From Spirochaetia bacterium (GTDB lineage: Bacteria; Spirochaetota; Spirochaetia; UBA9216), in assembly GCA_963675665.1 (NCBI GenBank), contig OY776510.1:3808001-3872000 (forward strand): 64,000 bases of DNA. Reading direction: 5' to 3'. The position numbers and the translations under genes were made by a program. Below are positions 49,202-60,247 of the stretch, in pieces; positions within the stretch are counted from its first letter, which is position 1; every line of letters begins with the position of its first letter. The notes beneath the pieces are model-generated. The model was given only the letters and a program-made list of their open reading frames with translations. It had not been told where the DNA came from and searched no databases.

Positions 49202-49702
49202 TTACAGATGACGGCTAAAAACCATCGGGTCCGCCTGAACCGGCTTTGCAATTCCATTGTTTGAATAGATTTTGCCTTTTCTGTGCGGAAAAACTTCATC
49301 CAGCACCAATCGGCTGGTTTCTCCCACTATTCTTACATACTGATCAATTCCTGCGGTTATTCCCTGCATCTTTAACAGGGCTATTTTCATTTTACGGTAA
49401 CCACTCAGACAATTTTCGCGGGTCATGCCTTTCATATGCATTGCAACGGCATAAAAACCGTCTTTCTCGCTCTTGTTCAGTTTAACCTTAAGCTTTTTAT
49501 AAATTTTATCCCTTTCCGCTTCTACCTTTTCCATCTTAACCGACAGCGGATTCAGGCCTTTTATTATTGTTTCCATTTCATCCCAGCTGTTTTTTCGAAG
49601 AGCTTTTTGAAGTTTTTCTTCTTCACAACAAATCTCGTTCAATATTCCGGTTTCTTCTTCCATCAGCCCTGCAAGTTTTTCGCTTAATGTATCAACATTC
49701 AT
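49202..49702 (-). CDS. FlgN-like flagellar export chaperone
   Basis: Helical 166-aa protein upstream of flgK; weak sigma28-like TAAA-N15-TCCGAACA upstream. Confidence 0.7.
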   Translation of the reverse strand: MNVDTLSEKLAGLMEEETGILNEICCEEEKLQKALRKNSWDEMETIIKGLNPLSVKMEKVEAERDKIYKKLKVKLNKSEKDGFYAVAMHMKGMTRENCLSGYRKMKIALLKMQGITAGIDQYVRIVGETSRLVLDEVFPHRKGKIYSNNGIAKPVQADPMVFSRHL

Positions 49703-49835
49703 AAGACTACACCTCATTTCTATGTTCGGAATCTTAAAAAAGTTTTTTAGGAGAATTTTAATAAATTTGATACTATTATAACCTGATAAAAGTTAAGCTT
49801 TTGGGAGGAAGCTTTAATAATTCCAATATTGGGTA

Positions 49836-51314
49836 TTAGAGATTCTCCTTTATCTTTCCGGTATACCCCCCGTCCGGATGCGGAACAAGTTCAAGTGTGT
49901 TTGTTATCTCTTCCATTCTGTAATAAGGATCATGACTCACATAAAGTAATACCGAATGATCATGTTTTATTACCCGCTTTGCCACTGCAAGTACAAAGCC
50001 TGAATTATGATCATCCAGTCCCTGGCATGGTTCATCAAGAATGAGAACCTGCGGTCTTTTAACTATTGCACGTATTATCAGAACAGCCCTTTTCATTCCT
50101 TCGGATAAACTGTCAAACGGCCTCTGAAGATAGTCGGCAACACCGAATTCGGCACACCAGCCCCTGGCTTTTTCGACCTGTACCGGATCGGGACGATCGT
50201 AAAGCCCTATTGTATCAAAGAAACCCGAGATTACTATATTGAATACATTCTGTGTTATTCGGTGTTCCTTCTGCAAAGTTCCTGACACATATCCTATCCT
50301 CTGCTTTATGTCCCAGATGGTCTCGCCGCTTCCGCGTTTTATTCCGAACAGGTATATGTCCTGCCCGTAAGCTTTTGGGCTGTCGCCGTTTACAAGGCTA
50401 AGCAGGCTTGATTTGCCGGAACCGTTTGGCCCGCTTATCTGCCAATGTTCACCGTTTTTAACTGTCCAGTTTATATCTGTAAGGATTTTCTCATCATAAT
50501 AACTCATTCTTACATTATTCATCCGTATAAGTTCACAGTCCTGATTTTCAGCGGACGTAATCCCCAATTCATTGGTCTCAGACTCATCAGAAATCATGCT
50601 AAGCGGGTTATCATTTCCAAGAATCCCGCTGACATCATTTTCAGTCTTGAATTCCAGAAGAGTCATATTATGAAGCAGATATTTTTTCTCTGTTCTTTTT
50701 ATATCATCCAGCCTGCCGGAAACCAGCATAAGGGCTTTTACCCTGCTCTTTATTTCGAGGATCAGGCCTGCCAGCAAGTGTCTTGTTTCAATATCAAGCC
50801 CGGTATACGGATCGTCAAGCACTATGATGTCCGGTTTTGACAGCAGCGCTCGGACAATCATCATTTTCCGGAATTCTCCGGTCGACAGGAATTTTATGCC
50901 CCGATCCATAATATGGTTTATTTCAAATAATTTAACGTAATGTTTTATTTCGTTTAACGGTGCCGACTGATCCATTGTCAGCCTGAGAATATCAGTAACT
51001 GTACGACCGGGATCTGTTTTACCTTCCATGAATTCCGAATCATCATTATGTCGGTCTTCTTCAAGCATCCTTTTTTGTTCAGCTGATGATACTACTGCTG
51101 TTTTCAGTCCGTCCCGTTTTATAATTTCTGCTGAACCGGTTTTTAATGCTCCGCCGATTAACTCCGACAACAGGCTTTTTCCGCTTCCGTTCAAACCGTA
51201 TATACCTGTATAATCTCCGGCCCGGATAACAAGATTGAGGTTTTTCAGTTTTTCCTTTCTCTTTATACTGAGTCCGGCATTTTTAAGCTGCAATAACATT
51301 TGCGGTTTATTCAT
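49836..51314 (-). CDS. Tandem-domain ABC ATPase (ModF-like)
   Basis: Two GxNGSGKS Walker A motifs; LSTGEFRK; GSGETIWDIKQRIGYVS; LDEPCQGLD. Confidence 0.85.
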   Translation of the reverse strand: MNKPQMLLQLKNAGLSIKRKEKLKNLNLVIRAGDYTGIYGLNGSGKSLLSELIGGALKTGSAEIIKRDGLKTAVVSSAEQKRMLEEDRHNDDSEFMEGKTDPGRTVTDILRLTMDQSAPLNEIKHYVKLFEINHIMDRGIKFLSTGEFRKMMIVRALLSKPDIIVLDDPYTGLDIETRHLLAGLILEIKSRVKALMLVSGRLDDIKRTEKKYLLHNMTLLEFKTENDVSGILGNDNPLSMISDESETNELGITSAENQDCELIRMNNVRMSYYDEKILTDINWTVKNGEHWQISGPNGSGKSSLLSLVNGDSPKAYGQDIYLFGIKRGSGETIWDIKQRIGYVSGTLQKEHRITQNVFNIVISGFFDTIGLYDRPDPVQVEKARGWCAEFGVADYLQRPFDSLSEGMKRAVLIIRAIVKRPQVLILDEPCQGLDDHNSGFVLAVAKRVIKHDHSVLLYVSHDPYYRMEEITNTLELVPHPDGGYTGKIKENL

Positions 51315-51453
51315 TACTGAACAATTCTCCCCGTTGATGACAGCATGTTGCATATACTGCAAACACTTATAGTAATATTTGCAATAATCGCAAGGTTGAC
51401 ATCAACTGGTTTCAGTTATATCCTTTCTGTAACCAATATACAAGGATATAAAC

Positions 51454-52920
51454 ATGAATTATTTTAATTCCATACCGTTAAGAGAACAACTTAAACAACT
51501 CGGCACATGTGATTTTCTTGATAAATCCGAATTTTCCGGAGTCGAAAAACTCAAAGGTAAAAAAATCGTAATAGTCGGCTGCGGAGCACAAGGACTTAAC
51601 CAGGGCCTTAACCTTCGCGATTCCGGCCTGGATGTAAGTTATGCCTTGAGAAAGGAAGCCATAGAACAAAAAAGACAGTCATATCTTAATGCAAGCGAAA
51701 ACGGGTTTGCCGTAGGAACCCATGAAGAAATGATCCCCAAAGCCGATCTTGTAGCAAATCTTACTCCGGACAAGCAGCATTCTAATGTAGTCGGAAAAAT
51801 TATGCCTTTAATGAAAAAAGGCGCAGCGCTTTCATACTCACACGGGTTCAACATTGTTGAGGAAGGAATGCAGATTCGCAAAGACATTACCGTTGTAATG
51901 ATTGCGCCGAAATCACCCGGCTCCGAAGTGCGTGAAGAATACAAACGCGGTTTCGGGGTTCCGACGCTTATTGCCGTACACCCCGAGAACGACCCCAACG
52001 GCGACGGAATGGAAATAGCAAAAGCATACTGCTGCGGAACGGGCGGCGACCGCGCGGGAGTTCTCGGCTCTTCATTCGTAGCCGAGGTTAAATCCGACCT
52101 TATGGGTGAGCAGACAATTCTCTGTGGAATGCTTCAGACCGGAAGTCTTCTCTGTTTTGACAAGATGATTGAAGAAGGAGTTGATGCCGGTTACGCTTCA
52201 AAACTTATCCAGTTCGGATGGGAGACAATTACTGAGGCAATGAAGCACGGCGGACTTACAAACATGATGGACAGATTGTCCAACCCGGCCAAGATTAAAG
52301 CGAACGAGCTTTCAAAACAGATGAAAGCTATAATGTCCGATCTTTACCAGAAGCATATGGATGACATCATCTCCGGAGAATTCTCATCCACAATGATGAA
52401 GGACTGGGCCGACGATGATAAGAATCTTCTTGCATGGCGTGAAGAAACAGGCGCATCCGCGTTTGAAACAACACCTGCCGGCAGCATGGAAATCAGCGAA
52501 CAGGAATACTTCGATAACGGCGTTCTTATGGTTGCAATGATTAAAGCTGGCGTTGAACTTGCATTCGAAACAATGACGGCTTCCGGCATCAAGGCCGAAT
52601 CAGCTTACTACGAATCACTTCATGAAACTCCGCTTATTGCAAACCTTATCAGCCGGAAAAAACTTTACGAGATGAACAAGGTTATTTCAGACACAGCTGA
52701 ATACGGATGTTATCTTTTTGCCAATACTTGTGTTCCTCTGCTTTCAGACTTTATGAAAGCCATCAAGTCTGACGTTATAGGAAAACCCTATATGGAAGGC
52801 GAAAACGATGTTGATAATATTGAACTTATCAAGGTCAACGATGAAATCAGAAACCATCCTGTAGAAATTATAGGCCGCACCCTTCGCGGTTATATGACCG
52901 CAATGAAGTCAATTCTGTAA
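51454..52920 (+). CDS. ilvC: Ketol-acid reductoisomerase (long class II form)
   Basis: [36 protein letters not shown]; 488 aa. Confidence 0.97.
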   Translation: MNYFNSIPLREQLKQLGTCDFLDKSEFSGVEKLKGKKIVIVGCGAQGLNQGLNLRDSGLDVSYALRKEAIEQKRQSYLNASENGFAVGTHEEMIPKADLVANLTPDKQHSNVVGKIMPLMKKGAALSYSHGFNIVEEGMQIRKDITVVMIAPKSPGSEVREEYKRGFGVPTLIAVHPENDPNGDGMEIAKAYCCGTGGDRAGVLGSSFVAEVKSDLMGEQTILCGMLQTGSLLCFDKMIEEGVDAGYASKLIQFGWETITEAMKHGGLTNMMDRLSNPAKIKANELSKQMKAIMSDLYQKHMDDIISGEFSSTMMKDWADDDKNLLAWREETGASAFETTPAGSMEISEQEYFDNGVLMVAMIKAGVELAFETMTASGIKAESAYYESLHETPLIANLISRKKLYEMNKVISDTAEYGCYLFANTCVPLLSDFMKAIKSDVIGKPYMEGENDVDNIELIKVNDEIRNHPVEIIGRTLRGYMTAMKSIL

Positions 52921-52983
52921 GAATTGCCAATCCTATAGGAATTGCCGATTTCATAATCATACGCTATTATAACGCAAAATTCT

Positions 52984-53016
52984 TCCCCGGACGGTTTCAG
53001 CTGTCCGGGGATTTTT
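52984..53016 (+). terminator. Intrinsic terminator after ilvC
   Basis: TCCCCGGACGG...CTGTCCGGGGA followed by TTTTT. Confidence 0.8.
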
Positions 53017-53119
53017 AATTTATTCCTGAATTCGTTTTATTCATTCAGACGACCATCTACGCTTCTATTTAAAAAGATTTACTTGATTATAAAGAACATT
53101 ACAGCTACGATACCAAGCA

Positions 53120-54652
53120 ATGGAAAGACAAATTTTAGCATTCTTTATTATCACCTTTTTTGCAATGCTCATTATGCTCTGGCTTTCTGTTTATTCATGG
53201 AAACGCCGACCTGCAAAGTGCGCTGATACACTGACTTTTATGTTTCTGAGCGTCACTATATGGATGGGCGCAATTCTATTCGGATTAGTTGTCAGAACCG
53301 AACCTGTATCATACTTCTGGTCGGTGATCCGGATGATCGGAGTCTTTGCCGCACCGGTTTTCTGGTTCATTCTGGCTTTACAATATTCCGGCAACGACAA
53401 AAAGCTGCACCCGGTTATTATCCTGCTTCTGTGGATTATTCCGTTAATCTCACTCATCTTGATGATAAGCAATAAGTATCATCATCTGTTTCTTTCCGGA
53501 ATTATTTATGAACGTCACGGGCCTTTTCTTGTTGATTCCCAATGGCTTCTTGGCCCCTGGTTTCCGATCCACGTTGCGTATTCATATTCACTTGTATTGA
53601 TCGGGAACTTTTTCTTCTTTCGTCAAGCTGTCAGACTTGTTTCCGGTTTTTTTGGTCAGGCAGTGTCACTTTTCCTTGGCGCAATGATTCCGCTGGTTGT
53701 TAATATAATTTATGTTTTCGATCTCATTCCAGGTGTCATAGTAAATTATGATCCGCTTGGATTTGTGATCGCCGGAATAATTTTTTCTGCATGCCTTTTT
53801 CGTTTCCGATTTCTTGACATTATTCCCATAGCCCGCCGTTATCTTGTTGATAATATGCAGGACGGACTTATTGTCATTGATACCCTGAACCGGATTATAG
53901 ATATTAATCCGGAAGCAATACGTAATCTTGGATTTTCAGATACTGAGGTACTCGGTAAGGATGCCGACAGTATTTTCCCATGGCTGACGGCAGATAATGA
54001 GATCACACTCAATGCATTGGTTTTCGACTTGCGGAAGTCTCCATTGATTGTAGGCGGCGAAACTGTAGGACATTTACTGATTATGCGTGATATCACACGG
54101 CAAAAAAAGCTGGAGTCGCAGTTAAGGGAATTAGCACAAACAGATCCACTGACAGGCATATTTAACCGCAGACATTTTCTAAAATTGGCAGATGATGAAA
54201 TTGCACGGGCATTTCGCTACAAGCATATGATTTCAGTTTTGATGATCGACTGCGACCGCTTTAAATCCATCAATGACCGGTTCGGGCATCAGGTCGGTGA
54301 TCAGGTACTTGTCGCATTATCAGGCATCTGCCAAAAAACAATCCGTGAAACCGATATTCTTTGCCGCTACGGAGGAGAAGAGTTTATCATTCTGTCACCC
54401 GAAACCTCTCTGGAGGACGCAGCCCTCCTGGCAGAACGTTTGAGAATAGCAATTGAAGATATGAATTTTCACACAAACGATATACATGTTCCCATAACTA
54501 TCAGTATCGGAATAGCTTCAATGAGCGGTGAGTCTCTTGGGGTTGAAAATGCTCTTGATACCGTTATAGAGCAGACCGACAAGGCTTTGTATAAGGCAAA
54601 AACCTCCGGACGCAACCGAACACATTTTTACATAGGAGAAAAACGTCTGTAG
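53120..54652 (+). CDS. Diguanylate cyclase (HisKA_7TM-type N-terminus, PAS, GGEEF)
   Basis: Seven TM; DPLTGIFNRR, DRFKSINDRFGH, RETD I-site, RYGGEEF. Confidence 0.93.
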   Translation: MERQILAFFIITFFAMLIMLWLSVYSWKRRPAKCADTLTFMFLSVTIWMGAILFGLVVRTEPVSYFWSVIRMIGVFAAPVFWFILALQYSGNDKKLHPVIILLLWIIPLISLILMISNKYHHLFLSGIIYERHGPFLVDSQWLLGPWFPIHVAYSYSLVLIGNFFFFRQAVRLVSGFFGQAVSLFLGAMIPLVVNIIYVFDLIPGVIVNYDPLGFVIAGIIFSACLFRFRFLDIIPIARRYLVDNMQDGLIVIDTLNRIIDINPEAIRNLGFSDTEVLGKDADSIFPWLTADNEITLNALVFDLRKSPLIVGGETVGHLLIMRDITRQKKLESQLRELAQTDPLTGIFNRRHFLKLADDEIARAFRYKHMISVLMIDCDRFKSINDRFGHQVGDQVLVALSGICQKTIRETDILCRYGGEEFIILSPETSLEDAALLAERLRIAIEDMNFHTNDIHVPITISIGIASMSGESLGVENALDTVIEQTDKALYKAKTSGRNRTHFYIGEKRL

Positions 54653-54740
54653 TTTAAGTATTGATTAACTATAGCACCATGTAAAATTTATCAGGTTCAT
54701 TATATCGACGAGAGTTCACTCACAACAGCGCCTTAACTAA

Positions 54741-55289
54741 TCAACCTGACGCCCAGGCTTTTCCGACAATATCGCCAAGAACGTAATAATTGTTTGCGGG
54801 CATCGTCAGCATAAGGGCTTTTATTTTGCTGTCATCCGGTTTTCCGGAAGATAAATACTTTTTTTCCGAATAAATACCCTTTACTTCACCAATGAATATT
54901 GAGTGTTTCAAGATCTCAATTACTTTAAATAAAGAACATTCCATTGCAACAGGACATTCTTCAATCATTGGCGCGAAACATAGTTCACCCTTAAATAAAT
55001 TAAATATTTGCGATTTATCAACTGTACGGCCGGATTTTGTACCGCAGTAATCAACTTCCGACACAATCCTGTCGTCAGGTATATTTATGCTGAATTCATT
55101 ATTTTCCCTGATGCCGATATTTGTATAATGATTTGCCAGCGCAACTGCTATTAACGGCGGAAAGCTCTCTATCCTGGCAGCCCATGCAGCAGTCATAAAA
55201 TTTGTTTTCCCTTCTGTAACTGAACCTATCAAAACTACAGGCATCGGAAAACCGAACGATTTTGTGTTATCCAGTTTTATTTTATTCAT
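54741..55289 (-). CDS. Flavin reductase family protein (flavoredoxin-like)
   Basis: PMPVVLIG, NFMTAAW, EFSINIP, DYCGTKSG, APMIEECP. Confidence 0.88.
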   Translation of the reverse strand: MNKIKLDNTKSFGFPMPVVLIGSVTEGKTNFMTAAWAARIESFPPLIAVALANHYTNIGIRENNEFSINIPDDRIVSEVDYCGTKSGRTVDKSQIFNLFKGELCFAPMIEECPVAMECSLFKVIEILKHSIFIGEVKGIYSEKKYLSSGKPDDSKIKALMLTMPANNYYVLGDIVGKAWASG

Positions 55290-55300
55290 AACATAAAAAC

Positions 55301-55338
55301 AACTTTCTCCCACCCTGTAACAGGAATGGGAGAAAGTT
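55301..55338 (-). terminator. Terminator hairpin after the sugar-binding protein gene
   Basis: AACTTTCTCCCA/TGGGAGAAAGTT 12-bp stem. Confidence 0.7.
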
Positions 55339-55346
55339 TTGCTTTA

Positions 55347-56891
55347 TTATTTCGCCTTATCACCCAGGACTTCTGCAAAAATTTCTGCAGTGTGGTCCAT
55401 AGCTTCTTTCACAGTCATCTCTCCTGAAATGGTATTGCTTATGCTCAACACCATTGCTTCAACCAACTCTTCCTGTTCAGGAAATGTCGGTTTTGGTACC
55501 AATGTAACTTCAGTTGTTTTGGTTGCAGGATTAATAGCTTCCATATATCTTCTTGGAACACCCCAACCTGAGGCATCACCCTGTTCACGTATACCGATAA
55601 CTTCAGCTCCCCTGGTTTTCAGGTATACAGCAGTCGGCGTATAAGGCAATTTTTCTATATCGGGATCATTATAAACAGAACGTACTGCAGACTGTCCGCC
55701 AATTTCCATCTGTTTCTTCTGTGTAAGATCTCCCATTGCCCACTGTATGAATAACCATGCCAATTCAGGTTTTTTTGATTTCTTGGGAATCAGGTAACTC
55801 CATCCTTCAACCTGTACCGCTTTTTCCATTTCAATCGGAGGTCCCGAATATGCTATCTTTCCGGCAACCAATGATTCTTTCGGATTCTCAACTGCGCCTA
55901 CGGCATCATCCCATTCTATACCCATTGCGGCAATATCCTGCTGCATTGCTGCCTGTGATTCATCCCATCCGAATGTCAGAACTCCCGGCGGGCAGAAAGG
56001 AACGAGGGAATTATAGTATTCCATAGCCTTAACGGCCTGAGGAGAATTAATTCCGATTTTTCCGTAATCCGAGCCTTTTTCTATATAAAGCTCTCTTCCG
56101 CCGAACGGATACAGAAAGTTAAGAAAATCATACCATGATGATACGTGTCTTTTACCCTGAATAGTATTTCCGTAGAAGTCTCTGTCAAGCACCTTGCCTG
56201 CCAGTTTTTCACCCTTTGCCCTGGTAAAGAACTCGGCAACATCGTAGTATTCCTTTGCTGTTACCGGCGGGTTCGGAAGATCATATCCATATTTGCTCTT
56301 GAATGCACTGATTTCTGTTGCATTTTCAAAAATGTCATACCTGTACCATAGATACATTGTGATGAAATGAAACGGTAACCCGTAAGCCTGATCGTTATAC
56401 CATGATACTTCATGCCAGTAATATTCATCGAGAAGAGCCCCGCCTTCAATGTTAAAATCCGGGTCTCTTAATTTATCGTTGCTGAGAAAATCTCCCAACG
56501 GTAAAATCCAGTCGTTTTCAACATAGGCGCCAAGCTGCCTGTGGGGACTTATTATCAGGTCATATATCCGCGTACCGCCTACAAAATCAGCCATGGTTTT
56601 TTCTATAACCTCAGCCTGACCATACTGCTCGATTTCAACCTTTACACCTGTTATGGCTTCAAATTCTGCTTTTACATCCGCCAGAGCTTCAAGAGGCGGT
56701 AATGCCTCTCCAATAAACCGTAACGTTTCACCCTTCCAGGGCGCCGCAGCTTCCGCCAAAGTCCAGCCGTCTTTGAAAGTAATGTCAGCAGAACTTGCTC
56801 CGGCCTCCTTATTACCCGAGGCAAACAGCCCTGCAGCAGAGAACAACATCATGATGATACAAACCGCTAATTGAACTTTCGATTTCTTCAT
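55347..56891 (-). CDS. Carbohydrate ABC transporter substrate-binding protein
   Basis: Spirochaete-like signal (LFASGNKE), FEAITGVKVEIE, YGLPF, WYRYD, AWLFIQW. Confidence 0.87.
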   Translation of the reverse strand: MKKSKVQLAVCIIMMLFSAAGLFASGNKEAGASSADITFKDGWTLAEAAAPWKGETLRFIGEALPPLEALADVKAEFEAITGVKVEIEQYGQAEVIEKTMADFVGGTRIYDLIISPHRQLGAYVENDWILPLGDFLSNDKLRDPDFNIEGGALLDEYYWHEVSWYNDQAYGLPFHFITMYLWYRYDIFENATEISAFKSKYGYDLPNPPVTAKEYYDVAEFFTRAKGEKLAGKVLDRDFYGNTIQGKRHVSSWYDFLNFLYPFGGRELYIEKGSDYGKIGINSPQAVKAMEYYNSLVPFCPPGVLTFGWDESQAAMQQDIAAMGIEWDDAVGAVENPKESLVAGKIAYSGPPIEMEKAVQVEGWSYLIPKKSKKPELAWLFIQWAMGDLTQKKQMEIGGQSAVRSVYNDPDIEKLPYTPTAVYLKTRGAEVIGIREQGDASGWGVPRRYMEAINPATKTTEVTLVPKPTFPEQEELVEAMVLSISNTISGEMTVKEAMDHTAEIFAEVLGDKAK

Positions 56892-56913
56892 ACCAATTTT
56901 TCCTCCTAAACTT

Positions 56914-58032
56914 TTAAGGGATTAAATTTTCCCCTGTTTCACAATTAAAAAGATAAGAATTTTGACTCTCCCACTTAAGCCAGATCTTTTTTTCCGTATC
57001 AATCATGTTGTTGCGATCCAGTTCCTGTACTACGACAAGCTTTAATTCTTCATTAACAGCTGTAATAACAACCTTCTCCCCGTTTATCTGGAAAAAGTCA
57101 ATTGAGCACTCAAGATAATCTTCTTCCTGCTTTTTTTCGAATGATATTTCAAGGTCGGAATACCGTATTCCGCAAATCACCTTATCGGGGATATTATTTT
57201 CCTCTATTGTTTTGCTTATCTGTTTCGGTATTTTAAAATTTACATTACCTTTCTTTAAATACATGGATTTGTTCTTTCTGACAATCTCCGCATCTATAAG
57301 CGTAATCTTGGGCTCACCGATTGTAGAAGCTACAAATGTATTAACCGGGTGGAAATACAACTCTTTCGGCGTACCTATCTGCTGTATCTTACCCTTATTT
57401 AAAACTGCTATCCTGTCAGCCATTGCCACAGCTTCCGATTGGTCAGGCGTTGCAAAAATTGCAGGAATACCCTGTTCCTGTTGCAGTCTTTTAAGTTCTC
57501 TTCTCATCTGATGTCTTAATTTGGCATCCAGATGGGCTATCGGTTCATCAAGAAGATATACATTTGGTTTCCTGACCAGGGTCCTGCCGAGAGCAACGCG
57601 CTGCCTCTGGCCGCCTGAAAGTTCTCTCGGATACCGATCAAGCAACGGGTCTATCTGCAACAGCTTTGCCATATTCCGCACGATCTTGTCTTTTTCGGCA
57701 TCATCCAAATCTTTTTTTCTAACCGGAGCTTCAAGCGGAAACCGGATATTCTGATATACGGTCCTGTTCGGATATAAAGCATAAGACTCAAACGCTACCG
57801 CGACATTTCTGTTTCCGGGTTTTAGTTTGTTTACTTTTGTATCGCCGATATAAATATCACCTTCGGTTATTGGAATTAATCCTGAAATTAAATTAAATAT
57901 GGTTGATTTTCCGGCACCCGACGGACCGAGCAGAAAGAAGAATTCTCCTTCTTTTGTTTCAAAACTCACATTATCAACAGCCTTTACCCCGCCGAATGTT
58001 TTCGTCAGATTGGATATTTTTACTACTGCCAT
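56914..58032 (-). CDS. Sugar ABC ATPase (second subunit)
   Basis: GPSGAGKST, LSGGQRQR, LDEP; H-loop reads ATPDQ. Confidence 0.9.
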   Translation of the reverse strand: MAVVKISNLTKTFGGVKAVDNVSFETKEGEFFFLLGPSGAGKSTIFNLISGLIPITEGDIYIGDTKVNKLKPGNRNVAVAFESYALYPNRTVYQNIRFPLEAPVRKKDLDDAEKDKIVRNMAKLLQIDPLLDRYPRELSGGQRQRVALGRTLVRKPNVYLLDEPIAHLDAKLRHQMRRELKRLQQEQGIPAIFATPDQSEAVAMADRIAVLNKGKIQQIGTPKELYFHPVNTFVASTIGEPKITLIDAEIVRKNKSMYLKKGNVNFKIPKQISKTIEENNIPDKVICGIRYSDLEISFEKKQEEDYLECSIDFFQINGEKVVITAVNEELKLVVVQELDRNNMIDTEKKIWLKWESQNSYLFNCETGENLIP

Positions 58033-59123
58033 AAGTCCCTCCTCAAGTCCAGGTTCTTTTCAGTCGCAGGATTAAAGAAATTCAGTTTCGGGTATTCCAG
58101 TTGAAATGAGACAGGTTTATTCATCTCGAAATCGTTGCTTAATCCTGTTGATACAAGAAGGCTTTGACTTCCCAGTTTTACTGTTATTATCTGTTCTTCA
58201 TTTCTCGGTTCTATGAAGATTACTTCGCCTTTTATAGAGTTTTCTGTTTTTTCGGGAACAAAATTAATATGAGTATCCCTTATTCCGACTGTTACTTCTG
58301 ATAACCCGGTCTCGTTGAGAGGATTCATCAGCTCTTCAGGAATGAACAGATCATTTTCCTCAAAAAACAGCTTATTATCATGAAGGTTACCGGAAAGAAA
58401 ATTCATTGGCGGTTCGCCGATAAATCCTCCGACAAATATATTTGAGGGGTGTTCATATACTTCACTGGCAGTATCAAACTGCTGCAGGACTCCGTAATTC
58501 ATTATTGCAATTCTGTCGGCCATAACCATAGCTTCGATCTGGTCATGGGTAACATAGATAGTGGTTACCCCGATTTTTCGCTGCAACTTTTTCAAATCTT
58601 CCCGCATTCTTGCTTTCAGTTCTTCTTCCAGATGAGATATGGGCTCATCCAAAAGAAGCACTTTGGGATTTCGGACAAGAGCCCTTGCTACTCCTGTTCT
58701 CTGCTGTGCGCCTCCGCTTAAGTCCTTGACATTCTCATTCAGAATTGAACGTATTCCCATAAGCTCTGCCGCTTCGATGACTTTGTTTCTGACAACAGAA
58801 TCTTCAACCTTTCTTATTCTCAACGGAAATGCAATATTTTCGCCAACGCTGAGATGCGGATATAAAGCATAATTTTCAAATGCCATTGCAATATCCCGGT
58901 CTTTCGGACTCATCTCATTCACAACCTGACCGTCGATAACGAGCTCTCCGCCGGTTATTTTCTCCAACCCTGCTATCATCCGCAAGGTTGTTGATTTTCC
59001 GCAACCCGACGGGCCCAGTAAACATACAAATTCACCATCTTTAATTGATAAATCTATATCATTAACCGCCAGAACATCATTTTTGTAAACTTTCCGAATA
59101 CTTTTAAGTGCAACTTCAGCCAT
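58023..59123 (-). CDS. Sugar ABC ATPase (first subunit)
   Basis: GPSGCGKST, YALYPH, LSGGAQQR, VTHDQ. Confidence 0.92.
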   Translation of the reverse strand: MAEVALKSIRKVYKNDVLAVNDIDLSIKDGEFVCLLGPSGCGKSTTLRMIAGLEKITGGELVIDGQVVNEMSPKDRDIAMAFENYALYPHLSVGENIAFPLRIRKVEDSVVRNKVIEAAELMGIRSILNENVKDLSGGAQQRTGVARALVRNPKVLLLDEPISHLEEELKARMREDLKKLQRKIGVTTIYVTHDQIEAMVMADRIAIMNYGVLQQFDTASEVYEHPSNIFVGGFIGEPPMNFLSGNLHDNKLFFEENDLFIPEELMNPLNETGLSEVTVGIRDTHINFVPEKTENSIKGEVIFIEPRNEEQIITVKLGSQSLLVSTGLSNDFEMNKPVSFQLEYPKLNFFNPATEKNLDLRRDLWQ

Positions 59124-59391
59124 CTTGTTCCCTCTTTTTTGCAGAGCGGGTTTTGAAATATTCTCTCCAGATTAGAAAAACTATCCCTGCCCAAACGATT
59201 AGTGAAAATTTGACATTTATCCCTATTCTTTCAATCGTAAAAAGCCATATCAGCGCAAGAAGACATTCGGAAAGAATTGTGTAAAAGATACAATCTCCCA
59301 ATTCAACCTCCTGTCCCCAGAGGAATTTATATAAACCTTCTCCGACTGACGCATGCTTTCTTTTCCTGAAATCAGTATTATTATTTTCCAT
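59116..59391 (-). CDS. Small two-TM accessory membrane protein (GlpU/DUF2160-like)
   Basis: 91 aa; LGDCIF...LIWL pattern; lies between permease and ATPase genes. Confidence 0.55.
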   Translation of the reverse strand: MENNNTDFRKRKHASVGEGLYKFLWGQEVELGDCIFYTILSECLLALIWLFTIERIGINVKFSLIVWAGIVFLIWREYFKTRSAKKREQDG

Positions 59392-59395
59392 TGTT

Positions 59396-60232
59396 CTATC
59401 CCTTTACCGCGCCCATGGACAAACCTCTTATGAGATGTTTTTGAAGTATGATTGCCAGAATGATAATCGGGAGAGTAACAACCCCTGATGCCGCACACAA
59501 CTGTCCCCAGAAGGTGCCGTGCGGAGTTATCAATCCGCTGAAACTTGCCGGCAGGGTTCTTGCTGCATGTCCCCCAAGAATCAATGAGAAAAGCAATTCG
59601 TTCCACGAAAAAATAAAGGAGATCAGCGCAGTGGAAACAACAGCAGGTTTAACAATAGGAAAAATAACATGTCTGAAGGCTCCCCATTCTGAATAACCGT
59701 CAACAAGAGCGGCATTATCCAGATCAACCGGAATATCATCGAAAAATGCCCTCATTACGTAAATTACCAGTGCAACTATAAAGGTACAGTGTGCCAATAC
59801 AAGCCCCGGAGTTTTTCCAAGGAGTCCAAGCTTGCTGAACATTATGTACAGCGGCAAAGCTTCCGCAACGCCCGGGCACATACGTGTTGTAAGAAAGTAA
59901 AAGTACAAGTGTTTTTTACCGAAAATATGATACCTGCTGAAAGCATACCCGGCGGGAATTCCTACCAGCAGACATAATATTACAGCAAAAACTGCAGTTA
60001 AAACTGAATTCTTGAGATACAGAATAAATCCGTTCTCAATAAATACTTTTGGGAAATTCTCAAGAGTCGGCGTAAAAAACAGCTTGGGTGTTGTAGAAAG
60101 AATATCGGTCCGAACTTTGAAACCGGAAAGAAAAGTCCATAGATATGGAAGCAACGCAAGCAGACAGGCAACAATGATGACTATGATTTCAAATGTTGTC
60201 AGCGTCCATTTTAATTTATTATTCTTAAGCAT
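59396..60232 (-). CDS. Carbohydrate ABC permease
   Basis: IPVDLDNAALVDG EAA loop, FSWNE, GLSMGAVKG. Confidence 0.92.
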   Translation of the reverse strand: MLKNNKLKWTLTTFEIIVIIVACLLALLPYLWTFLSGFKVRTDILSTTPKLFFTPTLENFPKVFIENGFILYLKNSVLTAVFAVILCLLVGIPAGYAFSRYHIFGKKHLYFYFLTTRMCPGVAEALPLYIMFSKLGLLGKTPGLVLAHCTFIVALVIYVMRAFFDDIPVDLDNAALVDGYSEWGAFRHVIFPIVKPAVVSTALISFIFSWNELLFSLILGGHAARTLPASFSGLITPHGTFWGQLCAASGVVTLPIIILAIILQKHLIRGLSMGAVKG

Positions 60233-60247
60233 TACAATCTCCTTTTC

